A DNA stretch of 64,000 bases from positions 6,784,001-6,848,000 of the forward strand of contig OZ250169.1 in the NCBI GenBank assembly GCA_965237955.1, in the 5' to 3' direction. Made by a program: the position numbers and the translations under genes. The notes beneath the pieces were generated by a model. That model ran no database searches. It was not told the origin of the DNA and worked only from the letters and a program-made list of their open reading frames with translations. Position 1 is the first letter of the stretch, and each line of letters begins with the position of its first letter. This DNA comes from Candidatus Marinacidobacterales bacterium. Its GTDB lineage: Bacteria; Acidobacteriota; Vicinamibacteria; Marinacidobacterales; SMYC01. Positions 10,490 to 19,881 of this stretch are shown in pieces.

Positions 10490-11023
10490 TCAGCTCGACG
10501 GCTTCATCAACGCGTCTTGGAGCTCGCGTCGCTTGCCGGGGTCGGGCACCATCCACTGGAGCGCGTACTCGACGGCTTCCGCTGCGGTTCCGACTTTGAC
10601 CATCTTGCGGGCGAGGTCTTCGGGATCTTTGCCGAAGACGATGCCGTCGAAAGGAATGTACAAAATCTTCGCGCCGTCGCTCGAGAGGGGTCGGTGCGTC
10701 GACCCTTTGCTATAGAAGACGACCCGTCCGGCCGGATAAGTCTCGATGACTCCCCCGTCCATGTCGGCGTCGAAGTACTCACCCTCGACGACATAGCTGA
10801 ACTCGCCGCCGGGGTGACAGTGCGGGCCTTGCTCAAGGCAGTTCGACGGCATGGCGAGCATCGTCGGCACGATGCGAGGACCCTGGCGGAAGAAATCCTG
10901 GAAGTCCTCTCCGATGCCATCGAAGTCGATCTTGGACGGATCGAGCTCGCGTGAAAGACCCACGCCAGAGTTTACGAACTTGTCGGATCCGGTAATTTGA
11001 GAAAAGCCATCGAGAAACGTCAT
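10490..11023 (-). CDS. cupin domain protein (ChrR-like cupin)
   Basis: PHCHPGGEFSYVVEGE and GSTHRP cupin motifs; SD GGAG before ATG 11023. Confidence 0.75.
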   Translation of the reverse strand: MTFLDGFSQITGSDKFVNSGVGLSRELDPSKIDFDGIGEDFQDFFRQGPRIVPTMLAMPSNCLEQGPHCHPGGEFSYVVEGEYFDADMDGGVIETYPAGRVVFYSKGSTHRPLSSDGAKILYIPFDGIVFGKDPEDLARKMVKVGTAAEAVEYALQWMVPDPGKRRELQDALMKPSS

Positions 11024-11032
11024 GAGATCTCC

Positions 11033-11074
11033 AAAAGCAAAGAGCCCCGGCTCGCTTCCACGAGTCCGGGGCTC
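11033..11074 (-). terminator. intrinsic terminator immediately upstream of the cupin RBS
   Basis: GAGCCCCGG-ACTCG-TGGAAG-CGAG-CCGGGGCTC followed by TTTGCTTTT on the minus strand. Confidence 0.75.
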
Positions 11075-11153
11075 GGTAGCTTCGCGTCGGTGGCGTTGGG
11101 TCCCCCACAATTGTTGGGGGAAGCACCTTCGCCCTCGCGAAGAGCTATCCCAA

Positions 11154-11195
11154 CTAAGGGGACGCCACCTCCGCGGAAACTGTAGAACTACTCAC
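11154..11195 (-). CDS. putative 13-aa leader peptide MSSSTVSAEVASP
   Basis: GTG 7 nt after GGAGG within GGAAAGGAGGTGGTCTAG; TAG at 11156-11154. Confidence 0.45.
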   Translation of the reverse strand: MSSSTVSAEVASP

Positions 11196-11325
11196 TAGAC
11201 CACCTCCTTTCCGGGCGTTCCAACGAACGACGGACCCAAACCCGTCCGGCTCACGGGGCCGCCCACAACCCGGCTCGGAGCCGCCACGCGCGCCGGCATT
11301 GCGCGCGCAGTCATTCCATGTCCTA

Positions 11326-11354
11326 AAGATGTCGCAGGTTGAGTGTTTTGTCAA
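11326..11354 (-). promoter_or_regulatory. sigma70-type promoter
   Basis: TTGACA-17 nt-CATCTT on the minus strand. Confidence 0.55.
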
Positions 11355-11374
11355 TGAATTTGCGGTAAAGCCGT

Positions 11375-11515
11375 CTTACAGCGAATACGCGGTTGCCAAC
11401 GTTTCACCGCTTTCGATCTTTCGGCGGACCTCGGCTTCCTTGGCAAGAAGCTCAACCTTCGCGCGCGCGACATCGGTAACGGCCTCCTTTGGAACGACGA
11501 TGACAAGAGATCGGT
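11375..11515 (-). pseudogene. C-terminal remnant of an RraA/HMG-aldolase-like protein
   Basis: VIVVPKEAVTDV...AKEAEVRRKIESGETLATAY resembles RraA-family C-termini; boundaries approximate. Confidence 0.4.
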
Positions 11516-11730
11516 GAGTTATGCGCATTGCTTTCCTGCTCCTTCGAATGCTAGATCTACCGCTACGGGGCCCAATGGGATCGTCCTAAACACCTACGCA
11601 TCTCCTACGGGCTCGATGAAGAGAACCAGGCGTTTTTCGAGGCGCTTAACCAGCTCCTGTAGGCGGTTTGTCTTTCTCGCACGAAACTCTTATGCTCAAC
11701 GCCGGCTCCATTCCGCGCGGAGGTGTCGAG

Positions 11731-14136
11731 ATGGCCAGAGGCGACCTAACCGGAAAAGCCTACCCGCTGCCCGATATGGTGGCGAAAGTCACCGGGAAAG
11801 CCAAGTACGCTGAAGATTTTCGGCCCGAAGGACTTCTGTTCGCGAAGGTCCTGTCGTCCCCGATGCCACACGCAAGGGTTCGGCATATCGACTTGGACCG
11901 AGCCTTGGCGATGGGCGGCGTCGTTGCCGTTGTGACGGCCGACGACTTGCCCGAAAAAGATCCGCTCCAGGAGAGCGCACTCACGAACGAACCGATGTAC
12001 GTCGGTCAGCCGATTCTCGCTCTGGCGGCAATAGATGAAACGATCGCGGCTGACGCCATCGAAGCCATCCGGATCGACTTCGAGCCGCTCCCCTTCGTGC
12101 TCGATCCGCTCGAGAGCCTGCGCCCGAGGGGTCCGAACGCGCGCCTCGGCGGCAACATCATGCGCGAAGGCAAAACCCTCGACACCCTCAAATGGACGGC
12201 GGAGGACTTCGCCAACGCAGGAGACGACGAGCTACCGCTCGGAGAGCCCGAAGAAGAATGGGTGGTCGGCGACATCGACGCCGGCTTCGCTGAGGCAGAC
12301 TTGATCATCGATGAGACGCTCTTTCACCAGTCGCAGACGCACCACCCCCTCGAGACGCGAAGCTGCATGGCGTACTGGCAAAACGGCAAGCTTCACATCT
12401 TCCCATCGACGCAGAGTACGGCGCAGACCGCTGCCGGTCTCGCCAGAGAGCTCGACCTTCCGCTCTCGGACGTCGTTCTCGTGAACGCGTACACGGGCGG
12501 AGGTTTCGGGAGCAAAGCCCGCGGCTCCGTGAACATGGCGATGACCGCGCTTCTGTCGAAGAAGGCCGGTGGACGTCCGGTCCTCCACCGAGTCACCCGA
12601 CAAGAGGAAACGGCGATCGGACGCGCACGCCCCGGCTTCCAGGCCCGGGTCAAGATGGGGTTTCGCAACGATGGTCGTATGACTGCGATGGATCTCTACA
12701 TCGTCCAGGACACTGGCCCCTACGGACGGCGCACCGATATCGGCAACGCGGCCGCAGTGGCGCACATCTGCTACACGCCGCTCGCCATGAGGTTCAGGGG
12801 GCTGTCGGTTCTCACCAACACGCCAACGCGTGCCGCGCAGCGCTCACCTGGAGGTGTTCAGCTTTCGGCGATACTCGAGCCCGTCATCGACGACGCGGCC
12901 AAGAAGCTCGGGATCGATCGCCTCGCAATCCGGCGTATCAACGCCCCAACCCACGAGACGACGTACGGCGAGCACGGCGAGCACCTTACGTCCGCCTTCT
13001 CGCAAGAACTCTTCGACAAGGCCGAGGAAACCTTCGACTGGAGCAATAAGTCGCGGCTCAGCGGGCAGCGGCGGGGCTCCATCGTTACCGGTGTAGGTCT
13101 GGGCTACAGCACGTACCACGCGGGCTCGCGCGGCTATGACGGGCTCATGGTAATCCGGCCCGATGGAACACTCCGCATTCAAACAGGAGTCGGAAACCTC
13201 GGAACGGGCTCGTTCGCCGATGTCGCCCGCGTCGCCGCCGAAGAGCTTGGCGTGCCGTGGGACAAATGCGTCGTGACCTGGGGCGACACATCGAAACACT
13301 TGCCGTGGACCGTGATCCAGGCAGGAAGCAACACCACGCACACGGCGTCGCGAGCGAATCTCGCGGGAGCGCTGGATGCCAAACGAAAGATCCAGGAGAT
13401 CGCGGCCATGGATCTGGGCGGCGCTCCGGACGACTACGAGGTCGCTGGCGAGAGGGTGTACCGCAAAGGCAATCGCTCCCGCGGAGTCAGCCTGGCCCGC
13501 GCCGCCGAACGCGCGATCGAGCTCGGTGGCAAGTTCGATGGTCACGAGCTCGCCGATGATCTACACGAGATGACGGTGAACGCGGCGAACGGGCTCGCAG
13601 GACAGGGGCTCATGGGCGTCGCCAAGGACAATTTCGGAGGCGAAGGTCATCTATGGTCCTACGTGGTCGGCTTCGCCAAAGTCGAGCTCGACACCGAGAC
13701 CGCGCACGTAGACATCCTGAATTACGACGCCGTCGCCGACTGCGGGACCGTGATCAACCCGCGGGGGCTCGCGGCCCAGCTCCACGGCGGCGGTCTCCAG
13801 GGTGCCGGGCTGGCGCGGAGCCAGAGATGGGTATTCGACCCCAAGTGGGGTATCGCCCTCGCCGACAAGCTCTACAATGCCAAACCGCCGTCCATCCTCG
13901 ACATCCCGCTCGATATGAGAGCGGACTGGGTGGACCTACCGGACCCAACGACGCCGGTCGGCGCGAGGGGCATCGGTGAAGCAGCGTTCGGCGCCGGCGT
14001 TGCCGCGATCGTGTGCGCCGTTCAAGACGCCATGGGGAAGGAAGCCTTCAAGCGCACCCCGCTCATGACCGACGTTCTTCTCAACATGGTTGAAGGGCGG
14101 CCCCAAGCGTTCAAGATGCTCACCGCGCACGTCTAG
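11731..14136 (+). CDS. xanthine dehydrogenase-family molybdopterin-binding subunit
   Basis: KVTGKAKYAED, SPMPHARV, GGGFGSK, DCGTVINP, QLHGG, GARGIGE. Confidence 0.92.
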   Translation: MARGDLTGKAYPLPDMVAKVTGKAKYAEDFRPEGLLFAKVLSSPMPHARVRHIDLDRALAMGGVVAVVTADDLPEKDPLQESALTNEPMYVGQPILALAAIDETIAADAIEAIRIDFEPLPFVLDPLESLRPRGPNARLGGNIMREGKTLDTLKWTAEDFANAGDDELPLGEPEEEWVVGDIDAGFAEADLIIDETLFHQSQTHHPLETRSCMAYWQNGKLHIFPSTQSTAQTAAGLARELDLPLSDVVLVNAYTGGGFGSKARGSVNMAMTALLSKKAGGRPVLHRVTRQEETAIGRARPGFQARVKMGFRNDGRMTAMDLYIVQDTGPYGRRTDIGNAAAVAHICYTPLAMRFRGLSVLTNTPTRAAQRSPGGVQLSAILEPVIDDAAKKLGIDRLAIRRINAPTHETTYGEHGEHLTSAFSQELFDKAEETFDWSNKSRLSGQRRGSIVTGVGLGYSTYHAGSRGYDGLMVIRPDGTLRIQTGVGNLGTGSFADVARVAAEELGVPWDKCVVTWGDTSKHLPWTVIQAGSNTTHTASRANLAGALDAKRKIQEIAAMDLGGAPDDYEVAGERVYRKGNRSRGVSLARAAERAIELGGKFDGHELADDLHEMTVNAANGLAGQGLMGVAKDNFGGEGHLWSYVVGFAKVELDTETAHVDILNYDAVADCGTVINPRGLAAQLHGGGLQGAGLARSQRWVFDPKWGIALADKLYNAKPPSILDIPLDMRADWVDLPDPTTPVGARGIGEAAFGAGVAAIVCAVQDAMGKEAFKRTPLMTDVLLNMVEGRPQAFKMLTAHV

Positions 14137-14265
14137 AGGATCGGGAAGGCTACTCGCTCGAAGTGTTCGCGTAGGTCAACGAGAAGTAGATTCGCGTCTC
14201 GATCGTTCGTCTATTTGGATCGTGAACGGATTTTTTGGATCCAACTAGCGGCACACTGACAAAAA

Positions 14266-14284
14266 GTGCATAGAATTTTTGCAC
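14266..14284. promoter_or_regulatory. inverted repeat, candidate enhancer (bEBP) site
   Basis: GTGCA-TAGAATTTT-TGCAC about 110 bp upstream of the sigma54 site. Confidence 0.4.
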
Positions 14285-14387
14285 ACCAGTGTAGCTTTTT
14301 CCCCGCTCGGAACCCTTCGCACGCGGTAACGCGGGCCATATCGCCGCGCTGGGCGCGGTTCGCGGCGCGTCGGCGGCATTCTGTTAC

Positions 14388-14404
14388 TTGGCCTACTATT
14401 TGCA
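14388..14404 (+). promoter_or_regulatory. sigma54 (-24/-12) promoter
   Basis: TTGGCCTACTATTTGCA: GG(14390-91)-N10-GC(14402-03). Confidence 0.65.
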
Positions 14405-14473
14405 TAGAGGTAGCATGAGGAGACGAAGTGTAGTAGTGTCTCCTACTCTAGGTGCCGCGCAAGGAAGCAAGCA

Positions 14474-14629
14474 ATGAGTGACAACGGGGACAGGAAAGAC
14501 ATCGAGGACGACGCGCCCGATTTCGCCGAAGGTCTGTACCACGAGGCGCAAGCCGACGGCGTTCCGTACGACGAAGACCTCGAGCCTTTCACCAAAGAAC
14601 TGCCGAAGCTCGACTTCCCCAGAAGCTGA
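14474..14629 (+). CDS. 51-aa acidic small protein (not in the ORF track)
   Basis: MSDNGDRKDIEDDAPDFAEGLYHEAQADGVPYDEDLEPFTKELPKLDFPRS*; AAGGA upstream; host-like codon usage. Confidence 0.6.
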   Translation: MSDNGDRKDIEDDAPDFAEGLYHEAQADGVPYDEDLEPFTKELPKLDFPRS

Positions 14630-14751
14630 GCCAGATCCGGCCCTAACGTCCATCCCCCCAGGACTTAGCGGGTTCGCCCTCCCAACGGACTTCGTCTGCC
14701 TCCGAGCCCTCCATAAGGTACACTGGTACAACAGTACCTAGGAGTGTCCCC

Positions 14752-15015
14752 ATGGCCAAGCGAACCAAGCCCGACGTGCTCGTCGAGCGTGTCCAAACGG
14801 GTGTCCGCATCGAAAAACGCATCCTCAAAGTCCTCAAAGGACTCGCGGAGTACCACGACATCAGTCTGGGCGACCTGCTTGAAGGCATCGTCCTCCATGC
14901 CTTCGATGGCCAATTCGCGTTCCAAAGCGACAGCCTGAAGACGATCGCGGATTTGAAGAAAGTCTACGACCTGGACCTGAACGCGAGCCACAGCCACAAA
15001 CTCCGCGAAAGCTAG
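14752..15015 (+). CDS. conserved hypothetical protein (RHH-like)
   Basis: VERVQTGVRIEKRILKVLKGLAEYHDISLGDLLEGIVLHAF; SD AGGAG. Confidence 0.75.
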   Translation: MAKRTKPDVLVERVQTGVRIEKRILKVLKGLAEYHDISLGDLLEGIVLHAFDGQFAFQSDSLKTIADLKKVYDLDLNASHSHKLRES

Positions 15016-15464
15016 CCTAACGATGGCCGGTTGGGGAGCTCATTCGTGTCGTCCTCGCTCGGGGGGAAGTGTTTTGCGAGAACGTCTCCAATTTTATGGA
15101 TCCCCGCGGAAATCCCCTCGGCAAAGCCGTCGTGGTCGATGCGCTCAGCGATGACCTCCGCAATCTCGTCCCAAACGTCGGCGCTGACTTTCTGATGGAT
15201 CCCCTCGTCGGCCACGATCTCGAAGTGGCGCTTTTTCATCGCCACGAAGACGAGCACGCCGTTGCGGTTTCGGGTCTGGTCGATGCGCAGTTGGTGGAAA
15301 GTGCGAACCGCCCTGTCGCGGGGCTTTTCGAGCGGTAGCAGATTGTGAACGATGTGCACGTGTACTTCGCCCGACGTGCGGGATTCCGCCTCGTCGACCG
15401 CCGCCGCGATCGCGTTGAGCGTCTCCTCGCTCACGTCACGGCGAAGTCTCCGCGGAACCTGCAT
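15012..15464 (-). CDS. TPM (DUF477) domain protein
   Basis: EAESRTSGEVHVHI, RNGVLVFVA, IVADEGI, NELPN; third gene of a lemA-TPM-TPM operon. Confidence 0.88.
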   Translation of the reverse strand: MQVPRRLRRDVSEETLNAIAAAVDEAESRTSGEVHVHIVHNLLPLEKPRDRAVRTFHQLRIDQTRNRNGVLVFVAMKKRHFEIVADEGIHQKVSADVWDEIAEVIAERIDHDGFAEGISAGIHKIGDVLAKHFPPSEDDTNELPNRPSLG

Positions 15465-15465
15465 G

Positions 15466-16327
15466 TCACCAGCTCCCACTTGCGCCGCCGCCGCCAAAGC
15501 CGCCACCGCCGCCGCTGAAACCGCCTCCGCCGAACCCACCACCACCGAAGCCGCCCCCGCCGAACCCACCACGAAAGCTCCCACCGGACGTTGGATGGTA
15601 GGTCCATCCGCCCCCGCTGCTGCCGGGCCCACCACGGAACAAAGCCATCGAAAAAAGCCCCAACAAGGCTCCGAGCGGAATCCCTCACCACGCGAGGCCG
15701 GTAAATACCAGGCCGCAGAACGCTCCCAACAGCGCGGCGGCAAACGCTCCCATCGCGTTGCCGATAATCCCGCTCAGTAAGAACGTGACGACCAGACCGC
15801 CAAAGCCGACACCCGGTCGGGACTGCGGACGGGCCCGACGGGATTGCGCCTGAGGTGGCGCCGTCGGATACTCCTTCCGCACAGCCAATTCGAGGCCCTC
15901 CACTGCGGCATTCAAGCCCCCGTAGTAGTCCCCTCGCCGAAAGGCAGGCGTGGATCCGCTCGCGAATGATGCGTCCGGCGAGGCCGTCGGGGATCACGGG
16001 CTCGAGCCCGTAGCCCACTTCAATGCGCACCCGCCGATCCTGAACCGCCACGAGAATGACGACGCCGTTGTCGAGCTCCGACTGGCCAATCTGCCAGGAC
16101 TCGGCAAGCCGGAACGTGTAATCCTCGATGGACCCGCCCAAAAGCGTCGGGATGGTGGCGATGACGATCTGCGTCGACGTCTCGCGCTCGAGCGTTTCGA
16201 GCCGGTCGGTAAGTCGGCTTTCCTCATCGGGCGACAGCACGTTACCGGCGTCGACCACCCTCCCGGTCAGCGCGGGTAGGGCTGGCTCCTGGAGAAGTAG
16301 AGCCAGCCCAAGCGCGACAGTTCTCAT
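15466..16327 (-). pseudogene. TPM domain (YgcG-like) protein with frameshift near 15948 and in-frame TGA at 15685
   Basis: DNGVVILVAVQDRRVRIEVGYGLE; continues FRRGDYYGGLNAAV in another frame; Gly-rich tail GGGGASGSW. Confidence 0.85.
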
Positions 16328-16342
16328 CCTAGGCCGACGTGA

Positions 16343-16957
16343 CTACTGTTCTTCACGCCTGAAATCGAAATCGACTTGCGGAGCCTCTTCAGCACCTTCG
16401 GTAGCTTCGAAGTACGCTTTCTCGCCGAAGTCCGCGAGCCTCGCGATGTAGACATTCGGTATCTTCCGCCGCGTCGTGTTGTAGCCTCGAGCTGCCTCGT
16501 TGAAACGGCGGCGCTCAACGGCGATCCGATTCTCCGTGCCCGCGAGCTCGTCTTGAAGCTGCAAGAAATTCTGGTTCGCCTTGATATCGGGATAGCGCTC
16601 GATCACGACGAGCAGGCGGCTCAGGGCACTCGAGAGTCCGTCTTGCGCTTGCTGAAACCGGGCGAGCGCCGCCGGGTCGTTCAAGTCGTCGGGCGTGATC
16701 TGCACCTGGGTCGCGCGCGAGCGCGCTTCGATGACTGCGGTCAATGTCTCCCGCTCGAAGTCCGCGGCCCCTTCCACCGTCTTCACGAGATTCGGGATGA
16801 GGTCTGCCCGCCGCTGGTACGCGTTTTCGACCTGAGCCCAGCCCGTGTTCACGTTCTCGTCGAGCGAAACGAGCTCGTTGTGTACTCCCACGCCCCACAT
16901 CACCAGACCTGCCACGAGGACGATGATGGCCCCGCATCCGATCAGTCCTTTTCCCAT
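16343..16957 (-). CDS. lemA: LemA family protein
   Basis: WAQVENAYQRRADLIPNLV, ERYPDIKANQNF, GTENRIAVERRRFN. Confidence 0.95.
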   Translation of the reverse strand: MGKGLIGCGAIIVLVAGLVMWGVGVHNELVSLDENVNTGWAQVENAYQRRADLIPNLVKTVEGAADFERETLTAVIEARSRATQVQITPDDLNDPAALARFQQAQDGLSSALSRLLVVIERYPDIKANQNFLQLQDELAGTENRIAVERRRFNEAARGYNTTRRKIPNVYIARLADFGEKAYFEATEGAEEAPQVDFDFRREEQ

Positions 16958-17017
16958 TCCGACTCCCTTCGCGCGCGATCGAAACCACGGCATTATATAA
17001 CCGGCTCAAAACTTTTC

Positions 17018-18586
17018 GCCTCTCCTGCCATTTCAGTGGATCCTCTCGAGGGTGAGACCGCCACAGTTTAGGTAGACGAGACTGATGAGAGCTTCGGCAG
17101 AGTGGAGTCCAAAGCTGCGGTGGCTCAGCAGCCTGATTTTGTTGTTCATTCCTTCGAGTCGGCCGTTGCTGAGTCTCCACGTGACCCACGCGATGACGCC
17201 ATCGAAGTGGCTGCGGATCATCTTCGCCGCGCGTTTGACGGGCTCTATCCTCGAGCTCATAGCGCGCCGCAGCCATCCTCGGAGAAACTTCTTGGCCCAT
17301 GTCTCGGTTTTGTAGGTGTAGAGGTCCATGAAGTCGTCGCGCAGAAGCATGGCGCGGTAGAGGCGACGATTAGCTCGCACCTGCTCGCGGAGCACCCGTT
17401 TGTCTTTCGCGCTGCGGTTGTGTTTGGCCTTGAGAAGGGGAAACTTGGTGTTCTTGAGGTTGCGCCGGGCAGTCCCTTTGAGCTCGCGCACCAGCTCGCG
17501 CCGGGTCTTATCCACGGCCTCGTTCAGATGCTTGACGATGTGGAAGCGGTCAAAGATCACCCGTGCCTGAGGAGCCTTTTTGCCGACGACAGTTATGTAC
17601 GGCTCCCACATGTCCATGCTGACCGCTTCGAGCTCCGCGGCTCTTTGTGGTCCGAGCTTGCGGAAAAACCGCAGCAGCGTCTTGGCCTTGCGCTCCTTTC
17701 CCGCCCAGACGACCCGGCCGCTGAGATGGTCTATTACCACTGTTAAGTACTTGTGGCGTTTGCGGTAGCTGATCTCGTCCATCCCAATCACCCGCAATCC
17801 ATCGAGCTCGCGCCGCTCATCCCGCTGCTCGGCAACCACTCGCTGGATGATCCGTCGCACCGAACGCCACGTCACTCGGAAATAGTTCGCTACGGCGCTG
17901 ACGTCCGTCCTCTGTGCCAGCCACGCTACCTCTTGTTCGAAGCTTTTGGTAAAGCGGCTTCCCTTGTCGGCCCAAGGCACCTTTTCTCTGACCACTCCAC
18001 ACCGCCGACATACCACTCGTCGGATCGAGTAGCGAAGATAGGTCCGGACTCCGAACAGGTCCAAGTGCCGCCAGTAGCGATTGTAGCGATCTTTGTTCTT
18101 GCGGACCTTTCGTCCGCAAATCCCGCACAGAGGCTTCCTCCTCCGTGGTACTACATCCACCACCACTCTGGCTTTGTCCGCCTGGAAGTGGAAACCTCGG
18201 ACCCACAGGCCTTGCAATCCGATGAGCTTGTTGACTAACGTAGTAACGCGCATCGCGGGAACGCTCTTTTCTCTTTCGGAAAAAAAGATTCTAGCGTTCT
18301 CGCCGATGCGCATCTACACATGGCTTACCCTCTCAACCCACGGGCCTCACCAAATGCCACTGCCCCTCAGCGGGAGACGAGGCTGTGGGAAACGCCCCCA
18401 CGGTTCTGGTCGTTCAGACCTTGCTCACGACTGAGTTCTCTTCGAAGCCTGGAAGGGCGTTTTCCATAGCCTCCACTAATCGAGCCCCCCCTTCCTTATT
18501 CCATATGAATTAATCTTTCTTGTATATATATCAGGAGGGGCCAGCCCTCCAACACAAATCAGATCCCCCGAAACGACAGGAGAACC
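17018..18586 (-). mobile_element. ISL3-family IS, copy 1 (true right end may be ~19881)
   Basis: IRs GCCTCTCCTGCCATTTC / GGTTCTCCTGTCGTTTC; near-identical to 37777..39498. Confidence 0.9.
17033..18253 (-). CDS. ISL3 family transposase
   Basis: zf-ISL3 CxxC pairs, IGMDEISYRKRHKY, VSMDMW, FDRFHIVK, SNGRLEGMNNKIR. Confidence 0.95.
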   Translation of the reverse strand: MRVTTLVNKLIGLQGLWVRGFHFQADKARVVVDVVPRRRKPLCGICGRKVRKNKDRYNRYWRHLDLFGVRTYLRYSIRRVVCRRCGVVREKVPWADKGSRFTKSFEQEVAWLAQRTDVSAVANYFRVTWRSVRRIIQRVVAEQRDERRELDGLRVIGMDEISYRKRHKYLTVVIDHLSGRVVWAGKERKAKTLLRFFRKLGPQRAAELEAVSMDMWEPYITVVGKKAPQARVIFDRFHIVKHLNEAVDKTRRELVRELKGTARRNLKNTKFPLLKAKHNRSAKDKRVLREQVRANRRLYRAMLLRDDFMDLYTYKTETWAKKFLRGWLRRAMSSRIEPVKRAAKMIRSHFDGVIAWVTWRLSNGRLEGMNNKIRLLSHRSFGLHSAEALISLVYLNCGGLTLERIH

Positions 18587-19881
18587 AATGGGCGCTCGTG
18601 GGAAACGCGAAGCGTTTTCCAAGCGATTGTGGGTCGTTCAAACGCCGCTCCACGTTTGTGACGTGCTCTCTTCGACGGAGCCTTTCCCTTTCCACGCCCT
18701 CTCGCCCGAGCACCCGTTTGTCTTTCGCGCTGCGGTTGTGTTTGGCCTTGAGAAGGGGAAACTTGGTGTTCTTGAGGTTGCGCCGGGCAGTCCCTTTGAG
18801 CTCGCGCACCAGCTCGCGCCGGGTCTTATCTCGTTCAGATGCGGCGATGTGGAAGCCAAAGATCACCCGTGCCAGCCTTTTTCCAGTTATGTACGGCTCC
18901 CACAATGCGACCGCGAGCCCGCGGCTCTTTGTTCGAGCTTGCGGAAAAACCGCAGCAGCGTCTTGGCCTTGCGCTCCTTTCCATATGGTCTATTACCATT
19001 AAGTACTTGTGGCTTGCGGTAGCTGATCTCGTCCATCCCAATCACCCGCAATCCATCGAGCTCGCGCCGCTCATCCCGCTGCTCGGCAACCACTCGCTGG
19101 ATGATCCGTCGCACCGAACGCCACGTCACTCGGATAACGGCGCTGAAGCCACGCTACCTCTTTTCGAAGCTTTTGGTAAAGCCCGCACCTTTTCTCTGAC
19201 CACTCCACACCGCCGACATAACTCGTCGGATCGAGTAGCGAAGATAGGTCCGGACTCCGAACAGGTCCGTGCCGCCAGTAGCGATTGTAGCGATCTTTGT
19301 TCTTGCGGACCTTTCGTCCGCAAATCCCGCACAGAGGCTTCCTCCTCCGTGGTACTACTCCACCACCACTCTGGCTTTGTCCGCCTGGAAGTGGAAACCT
19401 CGGACCCACAGGCCTTGCAATCCGATGAGCTTGTTGACTAACGTAGTAACGCGCATCGCGGGAACGCTCTTTTCTCTTTCGGGATTCTAGATGCGCATCT
19501 ACACATGGCTTACCCTCTCAACCCACGGGCCTCACCAAATGCCACTGCCCCTCAGCGGGAGACGAGGCTGTGGGAAACGCCCCCACGGTTCTGGTCGTTC
19601 AGACCTTGCTCACGACTGAGTTCTCCGAAGCCTGGAAGGGCGTTTTCCATAGCCTCCACTAATCGAGCCCCCCCTTCCTTATTCCATATGAATTACGCTC
19701 GTGGGAAACGCGAAGCGTTTTCCAAGCGATTGTGGAAAACGCCGCTCCACGTTTGTACGTGCTCACAACCTTTCCCTAAACGCCTCTCTCGCCCGGAGTT
19801 TCCGGCGTTTTCCACAATCGCGGCAGCGTCCATAGGCCATGCCCTCCAACACAAATCAGATCCCCCGAAACGACAGGAGAA
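18587..19881 (-). other. deletion-riddled tandem partial ISL3 copy (probable assembly artefact)
   Basis: Repeats ~17390-18510 with many short deletions, mosaic junction at 18590-18710, second IS end at ~19880. Confidence 0.7.

Larger units (their letters stand above)
11033..11320 (-). ncRNA. putative structured RNA / leader with extended anti-16S tract
   Basis: Promoter at 11326-11354, nested stems, multibranch domain 11075-11192, terminator; see findings. Confidence 0.55.

Noticed and set aside
11195-11212. 16S rRNA gene fragment
   Set aside because: Only the anti-SD-like 18 nt resemble 16S; flanks are not rRNA, and promoter/terminator polarity indicates the complementary strand
15470-15590. 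GGC/GGT-rich repeat tract
   Set aside because: Encodes the ordinary Gly-rich tail of TPM-domain proteins
18520-19700. Novel ORFs in the region after ISL3 copy 1
   Set aside because: All are frame-scrambled pieces of the ISL3 transposase copy
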